Source of the DNA: Pseudofrankia inefficax
GTDB lineage: Bacteria > Actinomycetota > Actinomycetes > Frankiales > Frankiaceae
Reading direction: 5' to 3'
DNA: 24,000 nucleotides
Assembly: GCF_000166135.1 (NCBI RefSeq)
Contig: NC_014666.1
Location: 8,484,601 to 8,508,600 of the forward strand
Part shown: piece after piece, positions 7,302 to 14,215 of the stretch
Layout of the letters: each line of letters opens with the position of its first letter
How positions within the stretch are numbered: position 1 is the first letter of the stretch
The notes under the pieces: generated by a model
The model's input: only the letters and a program-made list of their open reading frames with translations
Told to the model about the DNA's origin: nothing
Databases searched by the model: none
Translations under genes and position numbers: made by a program

Positions 7302-8571
7302 ACAGTGGGAGGGGTTGGTGAGCGGTGTCCTGGCCCGTAAGGGAGTCCGCCGGACGGGGCCAGGACAGGACGATCCGGCTGTGGATCTTGTCGATGACGC
7401 GGTCCCCCGCCGGAAGCTCGGCGTCCGGGGTCGCGGCCGAAACGACGAGGTAGCGCGGTCCCGGGCCGCCACGATGGTCCCGGTCCCAGATACGCACCTG
7501 CTCGGCGACGGTCACGGCGAGACCCGCGGCGTTCGGCCCGTGGGCGTAGACATCGAGGGTGAAGTCGCCGCCGTCGAGCCGGCGGGTCACGACGTAGGCG
7601 GCGCTGCCGGCTTGGACGACCGCGAACCCAATGGCCCGGCTGGGCAAAGGCCGCGTCGCGGCCTCGTTCCGCTCGCCGTCAACGCTCAGCCGGCAGAAGC
7701 CCGGCAGCGCTGTGGCCAGCCACATCTGCATCGTCGCCCACGGCTCGCCCATCCGAAGGCCCGCGCCGCTGTCGACCACCAGCGGCTCCGAATCGAGCAC
7801 GCAGGCCAGCGCCGCCGGATCCGCCGGCGCGCCTTCGTCGAAGATCAGCGTCACCGCTCCCCCGGCCAAGGGCAGCTCGAAGCTGTGATGCGCGCCAGCT
7901 CCCTGCATCGGGACGAACCCGAACTGCTTCGCCGAGTCGGAGACCAGCAGGTCGCTGGCCTTCTCGAACGCCACGGTGCGCATGAGACCCATGACCTGCA
8001 ACGGCACGACCAGCCGCCCGCCCTCGACCAGCTGATCCCGCCAGGCCGGCGGGATATCCCACGCCCCGACCGTGACCAGCACCCGGTCAAAGGGGGCGAA
8101 CTCCGCCACACCGGCCTCGGCGTCGGCAAGCACCACGTGCACGTCCGGGTAGCCGGCCTGAGCGAGGAACCGCGCGGCCCGACCGGTGACGAACTCGTCG
8201 ATATCGACGGTCACGACCCGGCCAGACGGCCCGACCAGCTCGGCCAGGTAGGCGGCGTTCATCCCACCGGAGCCAACTTCCAGGACGTTCATCCCCGGCT
8301 CGATCCGGGCCTGCTCCAACATGTGCGCCTGCGCCTGCGGCGCCGACAGCGAACTCAACGACCGGCCACCCACGTCCCGCTTCGTCACCAGCCCGTTCCA
8401 CGGGTGATAGACCGCGCTCAGCTCAGCCCCCGGCGCGAACAGCTCCCGGGGTACCCGTCGCATCGCTGCCTCGACAGCCGGCGAGGCGATCGTCCCGTCG
8501 GCCACGAGATCATCGACGACCTTGTTGCGAAGACGAGCAGCCTGCTCGTCTGTCGCCCCGGCATCAGTCAC
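7300..8571 (-). CDS. FxLD-system methyltransferase (protein-L-isoaspartate/PIMT-like O-methyltransferase, LanS-type, with a C-terminal extension domain)
   Basis: It is 423 aa. The N-terminal half contains the SAM-binding motif NVLEVGSGGMNAAYLAELVGPSGRVVTVDID, a PIMT-like fold. About 200 aa of extra C-terminal domain follow. The GTG start at 8571 overlaps the upstream stop (GTGA). It lies directly upstream of the FxLD precursor. Confidence 0.85.
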   Translation of the reverse strand: MTDAGATDEQAARLRNKVVDDLVADGTIASPAVEAAMRRVPRELFAPGAELSAVYHPWNGLVTKRDVGGRSLSSLSAPQAQAHMLEQARIEPGMNVLEVGSGGMNAAYLAELVGPSGRVVTVDIDEFVTGRAARFLAQAGYPDVHVVLADAEAGVAEFAPFDRVLVTVGAWDIPPAWRDQLVEGGRLVVPLQVMGLMRTVAFEKASDLLVSDSAKQFGFVPMQGAGAHHSFELPLAGGAVTLIFDEGAPADPAALACVLDSEPLVVDSGAGLRMGEPWATMQMWLATALPGFCRLSVDGERNEAATRPLPSRAIGFAVVQAGSAAYVVTRRLDGGDFTLDVYAHGPNAAGLAVTVAEQVRIWDRDHRGGPGPRYLVVSAATPDAELPAGDRVIDKIHSRIVLSWPRPADSLTGQDTAHQPLPL

Positions 8572-8882
8572 GAGCCATCCCCTTCTACGTGATCGTTGGC
8601 TGGCTGCGTTTGCCGTCCCTCGGCGGATGGCAGCTGGTCGTACTCACCGCGCTTGACCGCCGCGAGAAACGACCGCCACGCACCGGAGGAAATGACGGTC
8701 GCCCCGCTGAGCGAACCCCTGAGCACGACCGCGACGTCTGGCAGCTCCCAGGCCGCCTCGACGCAGTCCACCACCTTCGGATCCCCCAAAGACGGACGCC
8801 GCCACCCCGGCGAGCCGGTACGGCCGTCGGCGAGCCTGGACGTAGGCGCAGCGGTCACGGCACCTCCCACTTCTCCATGCAC
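8568..8882 (-). CDS. DUF397 domain-containing protein
   Basis: WRRPSLGDPKVVDCVEAAWELPDVAVVLRGSLSGATVISSGAWRSFLAAVKRGEYD matches the DUF397 pattern (W.kSs.s...CVEvA....vavRDS.....l.f....W.aFl..vK.GefD). The start is uncertain: GTG 8882, or an in-frame GTG near 8858 preceded by GGGAGG. The stop overlaps the methyltransferase start. Confidence 0.75.
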   Translation of the reverse strand: MHGEVGGAVTAAPTSRLADGRTGSPGWRRPSLGDPKVVDCVEAAWELPDVAVVLRGSLSGATVISSGAWRSFLAAVKRGEYDQLPSAEGRQTQPANDHVEGDGS

Positions 8883-9062
8883 GACAGGCCTGGGACCAGC
8901 GACAACGGGCCCGCTCCCGTGCGCAGCGGCGGATCAGATGCGAGATCCACCCTCGCCTCCATCGCCCGGCTGCATCACGGTAAGCGCAAGACCGGAGACG
9001 GTAGGTAGACACTTTGGGTACCTTGCTGACGAAAGCTCGACCGGGGAAAGCGAGCCACGTCC

Positions 9063-10256
9063 ATGGACATGGGCACGATCGCGGCGCAGGTCCGGACCTG
9101 GCGCGTCCGCCGAGGCCTCACCCAACAGCAGTTCGCCGACGCCCTCGGACGCCACGTCACCTGGGTGAAGAAGTTCGAGGCCGGCGACCGACAAGCCGAC
9201 CCACGCCTGAGCCTCCTGGTCCAGATAGCCCAGGTACTCGACGTCACCCTCGACGTCCTGCTCGGACAGTCCGACACTGCAGCCGGCTCGCGGGCCTCGG
9301 CCATGTCGTCCGGCGACCTCCGGGCCGCACTGCTCAGCCCGGTCGCGCATGACCGTCCGCAGAACAACCAGGCCCTGAATCGACGGGTTGCCCACGGCTA
9401 CCTCGCCTATCAGGCGTCCAACTACCAAGACCTTCAGCGCCTCCTGCCCGGCCTGCTCGCGGACGCACGCTCGACCGCGGCCACCAACCCCGGCGAACCT
9501 TCGACGACGCACGTCCTGGCCGAGACCTACCACCTCATCTCGATCACGCTGATGAAGCTCGGGGACCCCGACGCGGCCTGGCACGCGGCCGACCAGGCCC
9601 TGGCCACCGCCGAGACCCTGGACGACCCGGTCACCGCAGCCCTCTGCGGGCAGGCACTCACCTGGGCAGCAACCGGAATCGGCCACGGCGCCACCGGCGC
9701 GGCCATCGCCCAGGCCGTTCTCGACCGCCACGCCGCCACCCTCGCCACCCGCGATGAGGAAGGCTGGACGGCCATAGGAATGACCCAGCTCAAGGCCGCC
9801 GTCGCCGCGGCCGACACCGGCAACCTCACGCTGACCCGCCACATGCTCGCCGAAGCCCGCGTGTCAGCCGACCACGTCCGTCCCGACGCGAACATCCGCC
9901 TCACCGGATTCAACGCGACCAACGTGCTGCTCTACGAAGCCTCCGTACTCGCGCAACTCGGCGAACACCTCGCCGCGCTGAACGCGGCCGAGCGCATCCA
10001 CCCCGCAGCGCTCACAGCGCTCCCCAGAGAACGACGCACCCACCACCTCGTCGACACCGCCGGCTCAGCCCAGGCAGCCGGACGCACCGACCAGGCCCTG
10101 CGCATGCTCCTGGACGCCGAACAGATCAGCCCACAGGAGGTACACACGCTCCCCGCCGCCCGCACCGTCATCAAGGCTCTCGTCCACGCTCGACGCGGGC
10201 CATCCGGCGGAAGCGGGTTGCGTGAACTCGCGCGACGCGCTGGAGTTCCCGCGTGA
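9063..10256 (+). CDS. XRE-family helix-turn-helix transcriptional regulator with a long helical C-terminal domain (WhiJ-like)
   Basis: The N-terminus VRTWRVRRGLTQQQFADALGRHVTWVKKFEAGDRQADPRLSLLVQIAQVLDVTLDVLLG is an HTH_XRE motif. About 300 aa of Ala/Leu-rich, TPR-like helical repeats follow. It is divergent from the DUF397 gene. Confidence 0.85.
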   Translation: MDMGTIAAQVRTWRVRRGLTQQQFADALGRHVTWVKKFEAGDRQADPRLSLLVQIAQVLDVTLDVLLGQSDTAAGSRASAMSSGDLRAALLSPVAHDRPQNNQALNRRVAHGYLAYQASNYQDLQRLLPGLLADARSTAATNPGEPSTTHVLAETYHLISITLMKLGDPDAAWHAADQALATAETLDDPVTAALCGQALTWAATGIGHGATGAAIAQAVLDRHAATLATRDEEGWTAIGMTQLKAAVAAADTGNLTLTRHMLAEARVSADHVRPDANIRLTGFNATNVLLYEASVLAQLGEHLAALNAAERIHPAALTALPRERRTHHLVDTAGSAQAAGRTDQALRMLLDAEQISPQEVHTLPAARTVIKALVHARRGPSGGSGLRELARRAGVPA

Positions 10257-10804
10257 CCACGACCCCCACCAGCCCCGGCAGCGTCCTCTACGCAGTCGTC
10301 TGCGCCGCGCCGCCAGCACTCCATATCCGCACCCTGATCAGCCAAGCCCAGGAACGCGGCTGGGACACCTGCCTCATCCTGACCCCCACCGCCGCCCGCT
10401 GGCTCGACGACGACCTCCCCGCCCTGGAGAAAATCACCGGCCACCCGACCCGCTCCACCTACAAACTGCCCGGCGAACCCGACGTCCTACCCCCACCCGA
10501 CGCCATCCTCGTCGCCCCCGCCACCAACAACACCATCAACAAATGGGCCCTCGGCATCAGCGACACCCTCGCCCTCGGCCTCATCACCGAAGCCATCGGG
10601 AAGCGGCTACCCATCGCCGCATTGCCCTTCTTGAACAAGGCGCAGGCCGCCCATCCCGCGTTCCCACGCAGCGTCGACGTCCTGAACGAGGCCGGAGTGC
10701 GTGTCCTACTCGGCGCCAGCGGATACGCACCCCACGGCCCTGGTGAATCACGACCAGACCAATTCCCATGGCATCACGGTCTGGACGCATTGGTGATCTA
10801 TTGA
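10253..10804 (+). CDS. Flavoprotein, HFCD family (EpiD/Dfp-like cysteine decarboxylase fold)
   Basis: It is 183 aa. VLYAVVCAAPPA (N-terminal Rossmann start), ILVAPATNNTINKWALGISDTLALGLITEA (the PATANT..K.A.GI.D.L motif) and LPFLNKAQAAHPAF (the PAMN-like block) are present. The GTG start at 10253 overlaps the regulator's TGA (GTGA). Confidence 0.8.
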   Translation: MTTTPTSPGSVLYAVVCAAPPALHIRTLISQAQERGWDTCLILTPTAARWLDDDLPALEKITGHPTRSTYKLPGEPDVLPPPDAILVAPATNNTINKWALGISDTLALGLITEAIGKRLPIAALPFLNKAQAAHPAFPRSVDVLNEAGVRVLLGASGYAPHGPGESRPDQFPWHHGLDALVIY

Positions 10805-11062
10805 TCACCCATCGGGCAGGTTTCTTTGAAACTCGATGCTGCTAGCACTTTGGCACCAGTCGGTCGGCTGCGTCTCCTCGGAAGCCGCGACGGCAGTTCA
10901 TTTCTGGTGATCAGTCGTCCTGGGTGTCACCCCGATTCGGCGTCGCGCGTCAGCCGGCAGACCAGTCCCGCCCGCTTGGCGATGTGCCACACGTGCGACA
11001 TCTGGCCGAGTGCGGCAGGCACGCTGGCCGAAAGCAGGAGAGGCTCGTTGCCAGGTTTGTCC

Positions 11063-11650
11063 TTACGTGCGATCCGCTTCCGAGGTCGAGGGCGCCGCGG
11101 CCGGCAAGCGCTGGCCCCGGCGCAGGGTCCTCCGGGAGGCAACGAGTTCTGCGACCTGGCCGGCGACGGTTTTCGGGTCGTCATGTTCCCACACGCGGAC
11201 CACTGCCCAGCCTGCTTCCTGGAGCCTGCGGTCGGTGTCGGTGTCGCGAGCTTTGTTGCCGGCAATCTTGTCGGGCCAGTACCAGGTGTTCGCGGCAGGG
11301 CGGGGGTTTCCGTGGACTGGGCAGCCGTGCCAGAAGCAACCGTCGACGAAGACGGCGACCTTCGACGGACCGAAGACCAGATCGGCGCGGCGGCGCAGAT
11401 CGCGGAGAGGCTGGACGTCGACGCGGTAGCGCAGGCCCATCCCGTGGAGGCGGCGGCGGAGGGCGAGTTCGGGCGCGGTGTCGCGGGTTCGCTGGAGTTG
11501 CATCCGCCTGCGCACGCCCCCCGACGACGCGTAGGACGCGGCGAGCGACGTGTCCCGGGCAGTGCGGCGCCGGGTAGGTGCTCGGCCGGTGGCGGTCGCC
11601 GGCCGACCTTGCGTCCGACCGTCGTCGGCCGCTGGCGAGGTGTCAATCAC
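11063..11650 (-). CDS. vsr: Very short patch repair endonuclease (Vsr)
   Basis: MQLQRTRDTAPELALRRRLHGMGLRYRV and ADLVFGPSKVAVFVDGCFWHGCPVHG are classic Vsr blocks (DT.pE, FvDGCFWH). The GTG start at 11650 overlaps the methyltransferase stop (GTGA). The true start may lie further in, and the C-terminal tail is Arg/Ala-rich. Confidence 0.88.
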   Translation of the reverse strand: MIDTSPAADDGRTQGRPATATGRAPTRRRTARDTSLAASYASSGGVRRRMQLQRTRDTAPELALRRRLHGMGLRYRVDVQPLRDLRRRADLVFGPSKVAVFVDGCFWHGCPVHGNPRPAANTWYWPDKIAGNKARDTDTDRRLQEAGWAVVRVWEHDDPKTVAGQVAELVASRRTLRRGQRLPAAAPSTSEADRT

Positions 11651-13041
11651 GGGGTACGCAGTACTCCCAGCTCCGCGAAGACGTTGTGGTCAATCAGCGC
11701 CTTGGCTGCGGCTTGGGCGAGGAGCGGCGGCACCGCGTTCCCGACCTGCCGATAGCGCGAATGCGTCGCGCCGCCTGGCAGGCGACCCGGCAGACCGTCC
11801 CCCCGCCGCTTGTCGGTAGTGAACTCGAAGTAGTCGGGGAAGCTCTGGAGGCGGGCGAACTCCCGCACGCTGAGGCTCCGGGACTCGCGGTAGTGGTATG
11901 CACAGTCAGCCTTAGTATTGATCGTCCAGGCCCACAAGTCGGGGTGAAGGCGGCGGTAGGCGCTGTAGTGCCGCCGTTCGAGCCGGCCGGTGCCGCTGTG
12001 CTGGCCCCACTTGGCGTCGGTCAGGTAACGCGCTCGGAACTCGTCCGGGAGGTCGCGGTGGTTCCCGCCGGCGGGAATCTCGTTGAGGCGGAGGACTGTG
12101 TCCTCCCTGATCCGCGGCACGCTCACATTCGTCAGCGACGGAGCTACGAGCCCGCGCCGCATGAGTCTTTGGTAGGCGCTGCCGGGCGAGCCCAACTCCG
12201 TGCGCTCTATGGCGTCGTCGCGCCGTCCCGAAGCCAGCCCCTCAAGATCACTGATCGCCTGTGCGACCGTTACTGCCTGCAGGCTTGACCAGTCCGCGAG
12301 CTGAGCTGCGAGCTCGTCGGCCTCGGCTCCGCCAGCAACGCCGACCTTGTAGGCAAGCGCCCTCTCCTCCTTCGCTCGCTCAAGGCGAACGAGGCCCGTG
12401 GCACCCGATCCGTCGAGCACGGGTACAGATATCCCCCGCCGGCGGCGGACGCCCAGGAAGAGAAGCCGCTCGCGGGTCTGGGGGACGCCGAAGTTGGCTG
12501 CGTCAACGAGCTGGGCCGTCACGTCGTATTCGCCGTCGAGGGAAAGGTCTGCCACAACCTGATCCTGCACGCCCATCTGCGCAAGGCCCGGGACGTTCTC
12601 CATGAGGAATGCAACGGGCCTGACCTCGCGGACTGTTCGCACGAACTCGCGGTACAGCGAGTTTCGCGGGTCGTCGATCAGGCGGGCGTGGTTCCGCACC
12701 TGTGAGTACGCCTGACACGGCGGTCCGCCGACGATCATGTCCGCGCCGGCCGCCAAGTCCACCAGCCGCTCGCGCAGGGCCGGCAGCCTGAGGTCCCCAC
12801 AGAGAACCTCCGCCCTCGCGAAGTTACGCTCATAGGTCGCGCAGGCATCAGGATCGTGGTCGGCGGCAGCGACAACCTCAAAGCCGACCCGGCGAAATCC
12901 CTCCGACAGCCCACCGGCGCCACAAAAAAGATCAACAAGCTTCGGTTTCCGGGGACCTGCCGATCCCATCCGTGGCAGGGGCGGCTGCGGAGCGGCGAGC
13001 CATTGCTTCTGGCGGGGAAGCGAGCTCGCCGTCGCCGTCAC
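11647..13041 (-). CDS. dcm: DNA (cytosine-5)-methyltransferase
   Basis: All C5-MTase motifs occur in order: I LVDLFCGAGGLSEGF, IV GGPPCQAYS, VI ENVPGL, VIII QTRERLLFLGV, IX REFARLQSFPDYFEF, X GNAVPPLLAQAAA. The start is GTG 13041 or ATG 12969 (MGSAGPRKPKLVDLFCGAGG). Confidence 0.93.
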   Translation of the reverse strand: MTATASSLPRQKQWLAAPQPPLPRMGSAGPRKPKLVDLFCGAGGLSEGFRRVGFEVVAAADHDPDACATYERNFARAEVLCGDLRLPALRERLVDLAAGADMIVGGPPCQAYSQVRNHARLIDDPRNSLYREFVRTVREVRPVAFLMENVPGLAQMGVQDQVVADLSLDGEYDVTAQLVDAANFGVPQTRERLLFLGVRRRRGISVPVLDGSGATGLVRLERAKEERALAYKVGVAGGAEADELAAQLADWSSLQAVTVAQAISDLEGLASGRRDDAIERTELGSPGSAYQRLMRRGLVAPSLTNVSVPRIREDTVLRLNEIPAGGNHRDLPDEFRARYLTDAKWGQHSGTGRLERRHYSAYRRLHPDLWAWTINTKADCAYHYRESRSLSVREFARLQSFPDYFEFTTDKRRGDGLPGRLPGGATHSRYRQVGNAVPPLLAQAAAKALIDHNVFAELGVLRTP

Positions 13042-13264
13042 CGCAGCCGTCGCCTCCCCCTCGCCGTGACCTGCGCATACGCGGCCCCGGGAGGGCGCTA
13101 CTGGACAGTACCGGCCGGGCCAATCAAGGTCAACAGGGGTATCGGGCAGCGACCCCCGGGCACCAGGGCGCCACTATCGCGGCAGAAAGCTGTTTGCGTG
13201 CGCAAGTTGCTGGCCGCCATCCCGTTCTGTCGCACACCCTCGTTAGCATTGACTCGGCGGGCAG

Positions 13265-14215
13265 GTGCGCGTGAGGTGTATCCGGGGGGATGCCGTGCCC
13301 ACGGGAGAACGGGCAACACTATCGCTGGCCGAAGACACCTTCGGGCCAGCGGTTCCCGCGCTATGGATCAGCTGGCTTGTCGCGCTCGGCACGACCGCGG
13401 CTCGCTGGTCCCAGCGGCACCCCGAGCGGCGGCTCGTCGTCGCCGTGTCGGTGCCAGCGCGTGATTTCGCCGCAGTGTTGATCGGGTGTGGGTGGATGCG
13501 CGGAGCCCCGGAAAACCGGCTGCCCGAGGTCAGGCAGACGGTCGCGTCACTGGCGCGCGACACCGACGTTCGCATGATCACCCCGGATAAGATCGTGACC
13601 AGGACCTTCCTGGGATTCGACGCGAAGCTGGACAGGCTCATGCTGAAGGGCACCCAGTGGATGCTGCCGTGGGTGCAGGCCATCGCGCCGATCGAGGCGG
13701 TGAATGAACAGTGCGAGCAGCCGATACCAAAACCGGGAGTCTTCAGCCGGACGTCACGCTTCGGGGCGCGCTGGATTGACCACCTGTGCAGGCCGCCCAG
13801 CGACCTCGCTCTCGTCGGAACCCTCGCCTGGCTCCGGGCGGACCTGGACGCCTATATCTGCTGGGACGGTGAGCGTGAGCAGGTGTCAAACATCCTCCTG
13901 CCGGAGCGGCCGAAGGCCGCGACCTGGTCGACTCGGCTGGTAGCCACGGCACGGGTCGGCGACGAGCTGCAGCTGCCGCCCGGAATACGGGCCGCCGTTC
14001 TCGACGGTGCCGCAGCCACAAGGTGGATAGGCGCGATCGAGGCCCCGGTGGTCGTCGCGGTCCTCGACCGCAGCGTCATCGACGAGTCGGCGGACGAGGT
14101 GGCCATGGAATACCGCGCCAATCGTGGCAAGAAGACGCTGGACCTCCATCGTGACTTCGGCCTACTCAGCCCGCCCGCCGGCATTGAGGCGCTGGCGTTC
14201 ACGGTGACGCCATGA
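13265..14215 (+). CDS. Hypothetical protein, first gene of the helicase/DUF1998 operon
   Basis: It is a 316-aa ORF with high GC3. The stop overlaps the next start (ATGA at 14212-14215). I recognise no catalytic motif. The start is ambiguous, with in-frame GTGs at 13265, 13271 and 13295. Confidence 0.6.
   Translation: MRVRCIRGDAVPTGERATLSLAEDTFGPAVPALWISWLVALGTTAARWSQRHPERRLVVAVSVPARDFAAVLIGCGWMRGAPENRLPEVRQTVASLARDTDVRMITPDKIVTRTFLGFDAKLDRLMLKGTQWMLPWVQAIAPIEAVNEQCEQPIPKPGVFSRTSRFGARWIDHLCRPPSDLALVGTLAWLRADLDAYICWDGEREQVSNILLPERPKAATWSTRLVATARVGDELQLPPGIRAAVLDGAAATRWIGAIEAPVVVAVLDRSVIDESADEVAMEYRANRGKKTLDLHRDFGLLSPPAGIEALAFTVTP

Noticed and set aside
7135-8592. 485-aa plus-strand ORF (and similar long ORFs at 6068-7204, 5269-6087, 3961-4764 and 688-1395)
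   Set aside because: These are antisense or out-of-frame shadows of the methyltransferase, lanB, lanC and ABC genes. They are Arg/Pro/Gly-rich with no motifs, whereas the opposite strand carries unmistakable family signatures.
10253-10804. Interpreting the HFCD flavoprotein as the LanD that makes a C-terminal AviCys on this lanthipeptide
   Set aside because: The precursor ends in Asn-Asn-Val-Phe, not Cys, so the canonical LanD reaction has no substrate here. I kept it only as an open question.
10802-10913. 8-bp inverted repeat TGATCACC (10802-10809) / GGTGATCA (10906-10913), possibly terminal repeats of a small element
   Set aside because: It is too short to distinguish from chance in 24 kb. 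TGATCA is itself palindromic. There are no target-site duplications or transposase nearby.
10826-11755. 309-aa plus-strand ORF and 239-aa minus-strand ORF (10927-11646) overlapping vsr
   Set aside because: Both are alternative frames of the vsr region. Only the 11063-11650 frame gives the DTAPE / FVDGCFWHGC Vsr blocks.
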